From a candidate division WWE3 bacterium (GTDB taxonomy: Bacteria; Patescibacteriota; 4484-211; GCA-002791395), in the NCBI GenBank assembly GCA_013335095.1, contig JAAXWF010000001.1, positions 381,984 through 445,983 of the forward strand: a DNA stretch of 64,000 nt, written 5' to 3'. The notes under the pieces were generated by a model. That model had not been told where the DNA came from. It ran no database searches and saw nothing but the letters and a program-made list of their open reading frames with translations. Position 1 is the stretch's first letter; every line of letters begins with the position of its first letter. A program made the position numbers and the translations under genes. Shown piece after piece: positions 37,704 to 48,575 of this stretch.

Positions 37704-38717
37704 ATGTCTAACCTGTTTTCTCAACGTATTGGTATCGATTTAGGTACTGCCAATACGTTGATTTATGTGAAGGGGAAGGGGATAACCTTAAATGAACCGA
37801 CTGTTGTAGCCGTGTCTGAGCTTGATAATAAAGTCATAGCTGTTGGAAACGAAGCTAAGCACATGCTTGGACGTACTCCAATAAATATTATTGCCCGAAG
37901 GCCTATGCAGGATGGTGTTGTGGCAGATTATTCGGTTACAGAGGCAATGATCAGATATTTTTTAGACCAAGTTTCGGGGAAAATTCGTTTTATTAAGCCC
38001 GAGGTAATGGTATGCGCCCCTGCAGGGGTAACAAGTGTTGAACGCCGGGCTATTTTAGATGCTACGTTATCTGCTGGCGCTCGGACTGCATATTTGATAG
38101 ACGAAAGTTTAGCTGCAGCTATTGGGTCGGGTATTCCTGTTGCAGAGCCATCCGGACACATGATCGTTGATATTGGCGGAGGTACTACTGAGGTTGCGGT
38201 TGTCAGCCTTGGTGGTATTGTGGTGTACCATACGGCTCGTGTCGGAGGAAACAAGCTTGATGAGGCGATTATTAGCTACATTCGTCGAAAGCACGACCTG
38301 ATTATTGGTGAACGTATGGCTGAGCATGTTAAGGTTACTATTGGTTCGGCCCTGCCCTTGCAAGAACTAAAGACCATTGAGGTAAAAGGTCGGGATGCTA
38401 TTGCCGGATTACCTAAAACAATTGTAATTAGTAGTAGTGAAGTTACTGAAGCGCTACAACCATACTTAAACGAAATGTTGGCTGCTGTTAAAACGGTATT
38501 AGAAGAAACCCCACCAGAACTTTCTAGCGATATAGTTGATAAAGGTATGGTTTTATCTGGCGGCACATCTATGTTAAAGAATTTAGATCGATTATTTACT
38601 CAGGAAACTGGGGTACCTGCGCATGTTGCAGAAGACCCTCTGCTGTGTGTCGTTAAGGGAACAGGAATTGCTATCGAGAATTTAGATCGTTTTAAGAGAA
38701 ATATTACTGGACGTTAG
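37704..38717 (+). CDS. mreB: rod-shape determining actin homolog MreB
   Basis: IGIDLGTANTLIYV; DIGGGTTEVAV; actin-fold motifs. Confidence 0.9.
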   Translation: MSNLFSQRIGIDLGTANTLIYVKGKGITLNEPTVVAVSELDNKVIAVGNEAKHMLGRTPINIIARRPMQDGVVADYSVTEAMIRYFLDQVSGKIRFIKPEVMVCAPAGVTSVERRAILDATLSAGARTAYLIDESLAAAIGSGIPVAEPSGHMIVDIGGGTTEVAVVSLGGIVVYHTARVGGNKLDEAIISYIRRKHDLIIGERMAEHVKVTIGSALPLQELKTIEVKGRDAIAGLPKTIVISSSEVTEALQPYLNEMLAAVKTVLEETPPELSSDIVDKGMVLSGGTSMLKNLDRLFTQETGVPAHVAEDPLLCVVKGTGIAIENLDRFKRNITGR

Positions 38718-38724
38718 TAATAGT

Positions 38725-39861
38725 ATGAATACATATACACATAGAATTGGCATTGACGCAAGTCGTGCATTTACTGCTAACCGTACAGGTACAGAAAATT
38801 ATAGTTATCAAATAATAAAATCAGTCGCTAGTTTAAATAAATATCAAAAAATCGAGCTATTTGTTCGACCGACCGATTCTATTTCGACTAACTTTACTCA
38901 ACTGCCAGTAAATATACAGACAATTCCGTACCACACGTTGTGGACACAAGTTGGACTCGCTAAACGAACGTGGACCGATCAGCTCGATCTATTATTTATC
39001 CCGGCTCATGTGATTCCATTTTTAAAACGGCCATCACTACCAGTTGTTGTTACTGTTCATGATTTACGGACTGAGTTTCTTCCTCAACATTCTGATTGGA
39101 GGCAAAGGATTTATCTTAACCAAGCTATTGAGTTAATACGTGCGCGTTTAGCGGCTCATATTATCGCGGTTTCTGAATCGACGAAAAAAGATATTGTCAA
39201 ACTACTTGGTATTGCGCCAAACAAAATTACTGTTGTGTATGAAGGTGTCGATCGTAATCGGTTTAACTCAAAATTAAAGACACGTACAACAGAGATTCAA
39301 AAGATAATGAGGAAATATAGCATTGATAAGCCATTCTTATTGTTTGTCGGTACGGTGCAACCACGTAAGAACATCGCTCGGTTGATCAATGCATATGCTA
39401 AGCTATTAAAATCAGGCCTAGAAAAAGAGTACGAACTCGTTATTGCTGGCAAAAAGGGCTGGATGTCTGATGATATTTATGAGACGCCATCAGTATTAAA
39501 CATTCATAATCAGGTACATTTTTTAGATTATATTGATGATGCTGATCTACCATATCTATATGCTGGCGCTGAAGTGTTCGTTTTCCCGTCTTTATATGAA
39601 GGATTTGGTTTGCCAGTTCTGGAAGCTTTAAGTAGTGGTACCAAGGTTCTCACCTCGAATAATTCGAGTTTGCCTGAAGTGGGTGGGAATGTTGTTACGT
39701 ATGTTGATGCTGAAAATATAGATGATATCGCAGCCGGAATTAAACAAAGTTTAGCATCCGAGTTTAATTTTGATCTAGTCAATCGGCATTTACAAAAGTT
39801 TTCATGGGAAAAGGCAGGTTTAGATACGACAGTGGTGTTTGATAAAATTTTACGCAAATGA
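38725..39861 (+). CDS. glycosyltransferase family 4
   Basis: C-terminal EGFGLPVLEALSSGTKV motif (GT4 E-x7-E region). Confidence 0.7.
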   Translation: MNTYTHRIGIDASRAFTANRTGTENYSYQIIKSVASLNKYQKIELFVRPTDSISTNFTQLPVNIQTIPYHTLWTQVGLAKRTWTDQLDLLFIPAHVIPFLKRPSLPVVVTVHDLRTEFLPQHSDWRQRIYLNQAIELIRARLAAHIIAVSESTKKDIVKLLGIAPNKITVVYEGVDRNRFNSKLKTRTTEIQKIMRKYSIDKPFLLFVGTVQPRKNIARLINAYAKLLKSGLEKEYELVIAGKKGWMSDDIYETPSVLNIHNQVHFLDYIDDADLPYLYAGAEVFVFPSLYEGFGLPVLEALSSGTKVLTSNNSSLPEVGGNVVTYVDAENIDDIAAGIKQSLASEFNFDLVNRHLQKFSWEKAGLDTTVVFDKILRK

Positions 39862-40742
39862 ATGTCAAACAATGTCTACCAGAACCAGTCGAGATTAACG
39901 GAGTATTAATTGACCCTGTAGGTATCGATGATGCCGTGTCTTTTGTTCAATCGGCCATCAAACATCAACGAAAAGTACATATAGTTACTCCCAACCCAGA
40001 GATGATAGTTCTTGCGCAATCTAATGCTCAATTCAAACAAACGTTAAACGATTCCTCGCTACATATTCCCGATGGTGTAGGAGTTCAGGTGGCCGGAGAA
40101 TATTTCGCACATAAGGGAACTGTTAATGTTCCCGTGTTACGTGAAGCGATGGCCGTCATGTTTTGGTTTTACTTATTGTTCAGAGGACTACTGGCGAGTC
40201 GTTCATTCAAAACGATACCTTTTAGAACCACCGGAGTTGACTTATGCAATCAAATAGTTCACCTACCTGGTGTAAAGTTATTTCTTTTAGGTGGTTCAGT
40301 CGGTGTAGCAGAGGAGGCTGCTCAGTTGTTGAACGAAAAATATCCGAATTTACCTCCAGTCGGTTTTCATCAAGGCGGCGATATCAATTCTGATGGCCGT
40401 GGTCCGTTAGATGAAGAAATAGTTGTCACCATAAATTCATATAAACCAGATGTCATACTCGTCTGTTTTGGCGCTCCTCAGCAGGATCTCTGGTTATCTA
40501 AAAACTTATCCCTACTAAATACCCACGTCGGTATCGGAGTTGGAGGAACGCTCGACTTCATCGTTAATCGTCAGCAGCGGGCTCCGAGGTGGATCCGTAG
40601 AATTTCACTAGAGTGGCTGTGGCGATTCATTAAGCAACCTTCGCGGATACATAGAATTTGGACTGCTGTATATGTATTTTCTTGCCTATGTATAAGGAAG
40701 AAGATAACTATGGTACAATCGGGTTATGGCACCCGCGGTTAA
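39858..40742 (+). CDS. WecB/TagA/CpsF-family (GT26) glycosyltransferase
   Basis: ...DGVGV...FGAPQQDLW... signature of the WecB/TagA family. Confidence 0.6.
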   Translation: MNVKQCLPEPVEINGVLIDPVGIDDAVSFVQSAIKHQRKVHIVTPNPEMIVLAQSNAQFKQTLNDSSLHIPDGVGVQVAGEYFAHKGTVNVPVLREAMAVMFWFYLLFRGLLASRSFKTIPFRTTGVDLCNQIVHLPGVKLFLLGGSVGVAEEAAQLLNEKYPNLPPVGFHQGGDINSDGRGPLDEEIVVTINSYKPDVILVCFGAPQQDLWLSKNLSLLNTHVGIGVGGTLDFIVNRQQRAPRWIRRISLEWLWRFIKQPSRIHRIWTAVYVFSCLCIRKKITMVQSGYGTRG

Positions 40743-42321
40743 TCTCTCTATCCTTGATAAGGTTGAAGACTTTCTTGTACCAAAGTCATTGCTTAATTCT
40801 CGATCACATAATATCGTCATGGTTACCCCCGAAGCGAGTCCCTATGCGAGTGTTGGTGGGCTCTCTCGAGTTATTTCAGCCCTGTCTACGGCATTGATAA
40901 AATTGGGTCATGATGTCCGTATCTTTATGCCGAAATTTGGATCGATTGATGAACGCGAGTTTGAGCTAGAAATGGTTTACGAAGGCCTAAAAGTTCCAAC
41001 CGGTAATTCAGATAAACCGTACTTAATTTGCAATGTTAAACGTCATAAAATACCAGGAAGAGCCCCGGTATATTTTCTTGAGAACCGTGAATACTATGAA
41101 CTTCGAGCGAATGTATATGGATACAATGATGATGCGGTTCGGTGGGGGCTTTTAAGTCGTGGTGTCTTGGAGTACCTATTGTGCTGCAGTGATTGGATTC
41201 CAGATATCATTCACGCAAATGACTGGCAAACGGGATACATTCCTAATTATCTCGAAACTGCGCTAAAAGAATCCCCACTATATGAGAAAACTGCGACGGT
41301 GTTTACTATCCACAACCTTTCATATCAAGGTATGTTTGATCATCGAAACGTTAGTGACTTCGATTTTGACGACGGTAAAAGCGATATTGCTGATTTCTTT
41401 AATCCACGATTAATGAAGCAGAATTTCATGCGTCGTGGGATTATGTATTCCGATGTCGTCAATACTGTAAGTCCTACCTATTCACGTCAAATAATGAAAC
41501 CTGAATATGGCGAAGGGTTGGATCGCCTGTTATCGGAAAGTCGATCTAAGTTGTCAGGAATCTTGAATGCTATTGATTATGCTGAATATGATCCAACCAG
41601 CGATAAATTATTAACAGCTACGTTTAATGTCCAAACTCTAGAGCGTCGGAAATTTAATAAGGCGGCTTTGCAAAAGGAATTCGACTTAAAGCAAGATTTG
41701 AGTATTCCATTAATCAGCTATGTAGGCCGTTTAGATGGATATAAAGGTCTTCATCTTTTATTAGAAATAATTCCGCCATTATTACGTGACTTTAGTGTCC
41801 AATTTGTATTTGTTGGTGGTGGCGATAGTGGTATTGCCTCACGAATTCGCGCCATTCAGGAAAAATATCCAGATATGGTTGGTGCTCACCTGATGCTTGA
41901 TTTTGATCTACCTCGGCTCGTATTTGGTGGATCTGATTTAGTCGCAATGCCAAGCGCGTTTGAGCCATGTGGATTAGTTCAAATGGAAGCTATGCGATAT
42001 GGAGCTATTCCAATTGTTCACTCAACTGGTGGTCTGGCTGATTCTGTTCAAGACTACAATCCGGCGACTGAAGAGGGATTTGGCTTTGTGTTTAGAAATT
42101 TCGATGGCTGGAGTTTATTTGCACAGATTATTCGGGCAATCGAGACCTATCGCTCAAAAGATATCTGGACCAATTTACAAAAGAATGCAATGTCACTGGA
42201 TAACAGTTGGGAAGCTCGTGGTGTTGAGTATATTTCACTCTATGATAAGGCTATTCAGCTTCATAATCGAAAACTATCCCATCAAGGGAAAAACTTTTTA
42301 CAACGAGATATCTTAGAATAG
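40726..42321 (+). CDS. glgA: glycogen/starch synthase (GT5), copy 1
   Basis: IVMVTPEASPYASVGGLSRVISALSTAL...; C-terminal EPCGL... Confidence 0.75.
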   Translation: MAPAVNLSILDKVEDFLVPKSLLNSRSHNIVMVTPEASPYASVGGLSRVISALSTALIKLGHDVRIFMPKFGSIDEREFELEMVYEGLKVPTGNSDKPYLICNVKRHKIPGRAPVYFLENREYYELRANVYGYNDDAVRWGLLSRGVLEYLLCCSDWIPDIIHANDWQTGYIPNYLETALKESPLYEKTATVFTIHNLSYQGMFDHRNVSDFDFDDGKSDIADFFNPRLMKQNFMRRGIMYSDVVNTVSPTYSRQIMKPEYGEGLDRLLSESRSKLSGILNAIDYAEYDPTSDKLLTATFNVQTLERRKFNKAALQKEFDLKQDLSIPLISYVGRLDGYKGLHLLLEIIPPLLRDFSVQFVFVGGGDSGIASRIRAIQEKYPDMVGAHLMLDFDLPRLVFGGSDLVAMPSAFEPCGLVQMEAMRYGAIPIVHSTGGLADSVQDYNPATEEGFGFVFRNFDGWSLFAQIIRAIETYRSKDIWTNLQKNAMSLDNSWEARGVEYISLYDKAIQLHNRKLSHQGKNFLQRDILE

Positions 42322-42323
42322 CT

Positions 42324-43508
42324 ATGAAAGTTGGACTTTTTTTACACGCCTACCAGCCGCCAATTCAATTACCTCCTGTTACTAAAAGAATTGCTCAACA
42401 ATCATATATTCCGATTATTAAAGCACTCTTAAACAATAAAAAAGCCAAGATCACGATGAATATAGCCGGTTCATTAACCGAACAGCTTGTACAGCTCAGT
42501 GAGTATGAATTGTTGAATCAAGTAGGGTATGCGGCTACCCAAGGGCAATTAGAGTTGGTTAGTAGCGCTATGTTTCACCCTCTGCTAACTCATTTACCCA
42601 ATGACGAAATAATTCGACAACGCCAATTAAATGATGAAATCAATCTAAGGGTATTCGGCGAAAATGTCTATTCACCAAGAGGTTTTTTTCTCCCGGAGAT
42701 GGTTTATGACCATCGCGTTGGAGAAGTTTTATCTTCTGATGGAGTGGAGTGGTTATTGCTCGATGAGTCAGCTTATCCAAATGCTGGCTATCAAGAGGAC
42801 TGGCATAGTGATAGCCACTTTGATAGACATGTTTCGAGGGGATTAAATAAAATAAAGGGGCTAAGTACATTTGTCTTTTTTAGAGACCGGCCGATATCAT
42901 TAACTATTGCTTTCAATGGTGATCTAAAAGTTACACAAATAATCGAAGATATACGCCGTCATTTCTTAGATGGTCAAGAAAGTTACGTTATTTTAGCAAT
43001 GGACGCAGAAACTTTTGGTCACCACCATCCACATAACCTTACTTTGCTTGAAGATTTGATGAATGAAGAGTCGATTGAGATGGTCACAATGTCGGAATTA
43101 ACAAGCACTATCGATCAAATTACCGAAGTCTCTCCAGTTGTTTCGACCTGGGGGATAGCAGTTGAAGGATCAGAGGGTAAGCCCATTTTTCCTCGGTGGG
43201 ATAACCCTGATAATCCGATTCATGCTCTTCAGTGGGAATTATTTAATCTTGCGGTATCGGTTCGAAGTCATACCTCTAATATTCCAGATAATTTAGATCG
43301 GGGAGTTAATTCCGATCAATTTTGGTGGGCGAGTGCTAACCCTTGTTGGTATCCTGAAATGATTCGACGGGGGGCTGATTTTCTTCGTCAATCAATATAT
43401 CAGTCGGTGTTATCGAGCCCAGAGCAAAAGCAGTTAGCCGACGAATTAGTTCAATCAATTGTAAATGTCGGCACCGCTATGTATGGCAGCCATGTGCAGG
43501 GTTGCTAA
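42324..43508 (+). CDS. glycoside hydrolase family 57-like protein
   Basis: N-terminal LFLHAYQPP motif and length typical of GH57 alpha-glucan enzymes. Assignment is by motif memory only. Confidence 0.45.
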   Translation: MKVGLFLHAYQPPIQLPPVTKRIAQQSYIPIIKALLNNKKAKITMNIAGSLTEQLVQLSEYELLNQVGYAATQGQLELVSSAMFHPLLTHLPNDEIIRQRQLNDEINLRVFGENVYSPRGFFLPEMVYDHRVGEVLSSDGVEWLLLDESAYPNAGYQEDWHSDSHFDRHVSRGLNKIKGLSTFVFFRDRPISLTIAFNGDLKVTQIIEDIRRHFLDGQESYVILAMDAETFGHHHPHNLTLLEDLMNEESIEMVTMSELTSTIDQITEVSPVVSTWGIAVEGSEGKPIFPRWDNPDNPIHALQWELFNLAVSVRSHTSNIPDNLDRGVNSDQFWWASANPCWYPEMIRRGADFLRQSIYQSVLSSPEQKQLADELVQSIVNVGTAMYGSHVQGC

Positions 43509-43512
43509 CGTG

Positions 43513-44577
43513 TTATTGGATTAACTCGCGATACAAATTTTCGTAATCAGAGACCATCTTTTTCAGGGAAAAGTTTAATTCAATATATTTTCGACAGGCT
43601 TTACGGTCTAATGTCTGAATATTTTGGGCAGCATCTACCAGTTCATTGACTTCGATAGTATTTGTGATGATACCGTTTTTCCCATTCACAATAATTTCAG
43701 GAACAGATGCTCTATTTGGTGCAATTACAGGGGTTCCGGTTGACATTGCTTCGGTCATAACCAATCCAAATGGTTCGTTCCAGCGGATTGGGCAAACGAG
43801 TGCTAATGCATTTTGATATAAATCTTTGAGTGTATTTTGATCGACGGAACCGAGATATTGAATCTGTTCTCCAAGATAAGGTTTAATGGTTTGATCAAAG
43901 AAGCCTTGAGAGTAAGGATAAATACTTCCGGCAAGTACAAGTTTTTTATTTGATTTAAGTGCAACTTGAACTGCTATGTCTGGTCCCTTTTCTTCAATAA
44001 TCCTTCCACTATACAAAAGATAGTCGCCACCATCTCCATATCCCCAAAAGTCAGTATCTATTCCATTGTGTACTGTTTTCGACCAATGAACCTTAGGTTG
44101 TGGCTGTCGTTGCGCATTGGTTAAACTCACTAGGTGAATATTTGGAAAATCATTAAATAAATGAAGAATATTAAAGGCGGAGTCGACTACAGGGTCGTGG
44201 ACGGTCGCAATAACAGGTAATTCTGATGCTATCGGTGCGAAGTCAACAACGCTAAATGGCCGACAGTGGGTATGAAAGACATCAAAATTGTGCGTTGTTA
44301 GATAGTGCAAAGCCTTGATCATCATGACATTTTCGTATTGGTAACTAGAGCCTTCATGAGGATACTGGCTATAGATACGTTCATCATCAAACGGCAGCAT
44401 ATCAAACGTAATTAACTGAGCTCTAGTTTTAGTACCCTCAGGAGCAAAAAATACGACTTCATGACCGCGCTCTACTAATTCATCAGCAATCTGACCCGCT
44501 AAAGCCATACTTGCATAGATTGATCCTGCGGAAAGAGGATACGTTAAGTTATTAGTGCAATAAATACCGATTTTCAT
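43513..44577 (-). CDS. glycosyltransferase family 4
   Basis: GT-B fold. EPFGLVMTEAMSTGTPVIA motif. Confidence 0.65.
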   Translation of the reverse strand: MKIGIYCTNNLTYPLSAGSIYASMALAGQIADELVERGHEVVFFAPEGTKTRAQLITFDMLPFDDERIYSQYPHEGSSYQYENVMMIKALHYLTTHNFDVFHTHCRPFSVVDFAPIASELPVIATVHDPVVDSAFNILHLFNDFPNIHLVSLTNAQRQPQPKVHWSKTVHNGIDTDFWGYGDGGDYLLYSGRIIEEKGPDIAVQVALKSNKKLVLAGSIYPYSQGFFDQTIKPYLGEQIQYLGSVDQNTLKDLYQNALALVCPIRWNEPFGLVMTEAMSTGTPVIAPNRASVPEIIVNGKNGIITNTIEVNELVDAAQNIQTLDRKACRKYIELNFSLKKMVSDYENLYRELIQ

Positions 44578-45677
44578 TACTGTATTAGATTATAGTAAAA
44601 TTCTTCATATTGTAGGGCCATTTTCTCGGCGGTAAATCGTTGTTCAAAGTCTTGTCGGCATTGTTGCCTTGATAATGAATCAGCTTTCTCAAGGCTTTTT
44701 GCTAATTCTTCTATTGAATGGACTAAAAACCCTGTCTGACCATCGCGAATTATTTCGGGCATTGCAGCCCGATCCCATGCTATAACTGGGGTGCCGCATG
44801 CTAACGATTCAATGGCAACCAATCCAAATGGCTCATCCCATTGAATCGGCATCAAAGTTGCTTTCGCCTGCTGTAGAAAATGTTGCTTTTCTGAATGCCC
44901 CAGTGGACCTACCCATTCAATCTGATCTCCGTCGAGATATGGTTCTATGTTGTGTTTAAAATATTCTTTACTGGCATGGTCATGAATATCGATTGGACCG
45001 GCTAGACGTAGCTTATGCTTTGTTTTAAGTATTGCTTGAATAGCCTCTGCCGCACCTTTATTACCCGATAAATAACCAAGGAAAGCAAAGTAATTTCCCG
45101 GTTCTGTTGAATAATTTTCCCACTCTGCTAATGAGATGCCGTTATGTATGGTGGTTGATTTCCGGCCTAGTAACTTATTTAGCATTTCTCTCTGGAAATT
45201 GCTAACAACGACTGCGTGGGCATCAGCAAAGTGGGAATCGATTATTTTTACGTATGGGTCATATTCAGGTCCAAATTGATTGGTAATATCTGCTTCAAAT
45301 GATGCAGGGTGATGCATTGTAACTACAACGGGAGTATTTATAAGTTTAGCAAAATGCGAGCCAATAAAGTACGTATGGTCGTGAATAACATCAAATTCTT
45401 CGGCATGTCGAAACGCTTCTGAGATTGCCCAAACTGAAAAAGTTTCAGGACTACGTATCGCCGTCTGTGGATCGTTGCTAAGACCAGTTGGCCATAGAGG
45501 ATAGAGCTTTGCCGATGTCTTCGAATCTGCGGTACCAAATACGGTGACGTCATGACCACGTTTGATTAATTCCTCGGTAAGGTAATACACCATTTGCTCC
45601 AACCCTGCCTTATGCTTAGGGGGGATTGACTCCATTAAGTTAGTAACTTGCGCAATTCTAAGTCGTTTTTTGTTCAT
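44577..45677 (-). CDS. glycosyltransferase family 4
   Basis: EPFGLVAIESLACGTPVIA motif. Adjacent paralog of the previous gene. Confidence 0.65.
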   Translation of the reverse strand: MNKKRLRIAQVTNLMESIPPKHKAGLEQMVYYLTEELIKRGHDVTVFGTADSKTSAKLYPLWPTGLSNDPQTAIRSPETFSVWAISEAFRHAEEFDVIHDHTYFIGSHFAKLINTPVVVTMHHPASFEADITNQFGPEYDPYVKIIDSHFADAHAVVVSNFQREMLNKLLGRKSTTIHNGISLAEWENYSTEPGNYFAFLGYLSGNKGAAEAIQAILKTKHKLRLAGPIDIHDHASKEYFKHNIEPYLDGDQIEWVGPLGHSEKQHFLQQAKATLMPIQWDEPFGLVAIESLACGTPVIAWDRAAMPEIIRDGQTGFLVHSIEELAKSLEKADSLSRQQCRQDFEQRFTAEKMALQYEEFYYNLIQ

Positions 45678-46915
45678 GTTAAATGTGGTAACTTCGCATA
45701 AAAATCGCTTCGATCTTTATCGAATTTCTCGTATCCTTCTTCAATTTTTCCTGACCAATGATAAAGCCATAGTTCTTTGATGAATTCACTAAATAGAACC
45801 TCAGTCTCTCGTTTTAGTTCAATTGTTCCAGGTAAACTGCGCATACTTCGAATAAGTTCCTGCGCCCCCGCTTCGGCCAAGTCGGGATGCCACCATGGGT
45901 AGTTAGATAACCAAAACAGATGACACGAAGATATACCACGGTCAAAATGTCTTTCAGCCGATGAATAAATCAGATTAATATCGTTATCGGGTCGGGGTAT
46001 CTCGTGAAAACCTTGTTCAACCAGTCTCATTAAACGTATATAAAGTTCCTGTAACCGATTGTCTTGCGCAAACCAAGTCGGAAAATAGTCATGGCGCTTA
46101 TGTTGCTCGTATGTTGTTTCCCACGTTCCTGGATAGATATCTTTTCGTTCAATTGTAGGTATTTGTTGTATTTGTGTAATCGCTTCGGTTACTTTTCTGA
46201 TCTGTAAATCTTTGCGATTCATTAGTTCGATGAAGAAATCGAGACGTCCCTGATAGTGATGACCAAAAAGCTCAACATCGTTAACAGATATGATGGGTAA
46301 ATCGTTTGATTTGCCCTGGGATAAGAACTCGACAAATTTGTCGGCATTTATGCGTTCTCGATGTGATCTGAGTACTTCTGTTACTCCTTGCGTCGATTGG
46401 ATCAGTGTTAACCCATTAAAGTTTAATATTGGATGTTTAGGGAATTCAATTAGGTTGTAATCAGGGTTTATGCTGCTCTCACTAACAATGCAAAAATCGA
46501 ATTTATCAATCAGGCAATCGAGTACGCTGGTCGTTATTGCAAGTTCGGGCGGATAAATTCCACTAATTGTCTCTGTATTGTAAAATTGACGGGTTATCTG
46601 AGCATTGTATTCAATCTGTCGAAGCCCAACGCTTGGTGGTATTAAGGGGAGTAACGGATGGTATAGTGGTGTCGAGAGTATTTCAATCTGTTCTCGACCA
46701 GTTAACTCTTTCATTAGGTCGAAAAAATCATTTGCATCGAGTTCTTGGAGCTGGAGGGTCAAAGATCCTGTGATGTTAATGGTGAGGTGGACGTCTGGGT
46801 GTTGTTGAATTGCCTTTAGGATCGGCAGGTAATTAGATCGTAGCACTTGTTGAGTAATGCCGATGTCTTGTGTGGGGGGTTGGTAAAAATGTAATATGGG
46901 AGACCAGGTAAGCAT
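45674..46915 (-). CDS. glycoside hydrolase family 57-like protein (second copy)
   Basis: N-terminal ILHFYQPP motif paralogous to 42324..43508. Confidence 0.45.
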   Translation of the reverse strand: MLTWSPILHFYQPPTQDIGITQQVLRSNYLPILKAIQQHPDVHLTINITGSLTLQLQELDANDFFDLMKELTGREQIEILSTPLYHPLLPLIPPSVGLRQIEYNAQITRQFYNTETISGIYPPELAITTSVLDCLIDKFDFCIVSESSINPDYNLIEFPKHPILNFNGLTLIQSTQGVTEVLRSHRERINADKFVEFLSQGKSNDLPIISVNDVELFGHHYQGRLDFFIELMNRKDLQIRKVTEAITQIQQIPTIERKDIYPGTWETTYEQHKRHDYFPTWFAQDNRLQELYIRLMRLVEQGFHEIPRPDNDINLIYSSAERHFDRGISSCHLFWLSNYPWWHPDLAEAGAQELIRSMRSLPGTIELKRETEVLFSEFIKELWLYHWSGKIEEGYEKFDKDRSDFYAKLPHLT

Positions 46916-46963
46916 AATACCTTATTATATCAGGAATAAACTAAGGAAAGGAAAAATATTATT

Positions 46964-47977
46964 ATGGGATTGATTTCTGAATATACTGACAATATTGAAA
47001 AGTTATTAATTGAACATTATGATCTTGGTGAATATATCTCTGATTATCAATTTCTTGGAGGTATTCAAAACATAACGCGTAAGATAACAACAACAAAAGG
47101 GGAGTATGTACTAAAGCAATATCAACACAGTAGTGGGAATGTCGAGCGACTTACTGCGGTATTAAACGCAATTCAACTACTACATGATCATGGGGCTCCC
47201 ATTCCATCAATTATTAACACTAAATCAGGTAGTCTTTTTGTGCCTCTAGATGACGATACTTATTATGCAATCGCAATCTCTCAATTTCTTGATGGCGTAT
47301 TAGTATTTTATGATGATATCGATTTATCCCATGCTCAAGCGGCAGGAAATGCATTGGCGAAATTGCATCAGACCATTGATTCAATTGACATGAAGTCCAT
47401 TCACCTACCTCAACCTTTATCCCTACCTGAACGAATAAACCGGCTTGATCAACGTTTGCGAAAAAATCTTCAACACAATTATTTAGAACTTAACCCAAGT
47501 ATGCTCGAACGAATTGATAATTTATGGGAATCTGTATTTACTGAGCTATTAGGATTGAATCATATTTTTATCGTCCAAGATCGGATCATACACGGTGATT
47601 TTATTAGGGGTAATTTATTGTTTGATGGCGATGATGTTTGCGGCATTCTTGATTTTGATGCAATGAGAAAGGGGAGTTTCCTTGAGGATTTAAGCGGGGC
47701 GGTATTTCAGTGGTTTTGGGATGAACGAAAAATGTTTGCGTACGAAGATATACGTGACGCCCTAGTACATGGATATAAAAATATCCGTCCGGATGAAAGT
47801 AGTTTTACCACCGATGTTCGACTTATTGACCTCTTTGTACTACTTATTGCTTGGGAAAAAATGACAGGATTTTTAGATCATCCTCGGGATGAAATTCAGC
47901 TGGCTTTTCACGAAAGCTTATTTAATGAATTAAAAGATAAACTGTTTTTAATGAGTGCGCGTCTGTCGTACAATTAA
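46964..47977 (+). CDS. aminoglycoside-phosphotransferase-fold (APH/maltokinase-like) kinase
   Basis: Brenner motif HGDFIRGNLLF and DFD metal-binding motif. Confidence 0.6.
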   Translation: MGLISEYTDNIEKLLIEHYDLGEYISDYQFLGGIQNITRKITTTKGEYVLKQYQHSSGNVERLTAVLNAIQLLHDHGAPIPSIINTKSGSLFVPLDDDTYYAIAISQFLDGVLVFYDDIDLSHAQAAGNALAKLHQTIDSIDMKSIHLPQPLSLPERINRLDQRLRKNLQHNYLELNPSMLERIDNLWESVFTELLGLNHIFIVQDRIIHGDFIRGNLLFDGDDVCGILDFDAMRKGSFLEDLSGAVFQWFWDERKMFAYEDIRDALVHGYKNIRPDESSFTTDVRLIDLFVLLIAWEKMTGFLDHPRDEIQLAFHESLFNELKDKLFLMSARLSYN

Positions 47978-47990
47978 ATAAAGTCAGGAT

Positions 47991-48575
47991 ATGAAAACAT
48001 TCTTTTTAGTAAGGCATGGGTACACTCAAGTACCAGAACAAGATCAAACCGCTAATACTCCACTTAGTGATATCGGAAAGAATCAAGCTGCATCTTTGGC
48101 GGATCGTTTATGTGGGATGGAGATCGACCACATCTTTACCAGCCCCTTTCACCGCGCAATCGAAACGGCATCAATCGTGAATCTTAAATTAAATGTACCG
48201 ATCTCTACGGATGATCGACTCAAAGAGATTAGTCTATGGCTAACACCATCTGATTTACATAACCAACCTCGTCGAAAGTACCAAAAGGAGATTAGCATGT
48301 TACGCCATACTAAAATACAACTTCATAAAATGCTTGATGAAGTCATTAATCATCCAGATGAATCGTATAAAAATATCGTCATGGTTAGCCATGGAAACCT
48401 TATGCGGGCGATTTTGGCGTACACTTTAAAGATGGATTTAGAGACGGTTGTACGCCTTAATATAGGGCATGCATCGATTTCGATATTAAAATGGGAGGGG
48501 AGTGCATCTGAACCGTTCTTTCGACTCGATCGATTCAATGATACAGCTCATTTAGAGGAGGGGATTATCGTATGA
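47991..48575 (+). CDS. histidine phosphatase (phosphoglycerate-mutase family)
   Basis: LVRHGYTQ (RHG catalytic motif); ...SHGN... second His. Confidence 0.65.
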   Translation: MKTFFLVRHGYTQVPEQDQTANTPLSDIGKNQAASLADRLCGMEIDHIFTSPFHRAIETASIVNLKLNVPISTDDRLKEISLWLTPSDLHNQPRRKYQKEISMLRHTKIQLHKMLDEVINHPDESYKNIVMVSHGNLMRAILAYTLKMDLETVVRLNIGHASISILKWEGSASEPFFRLDRFNDTAHLEEGIIV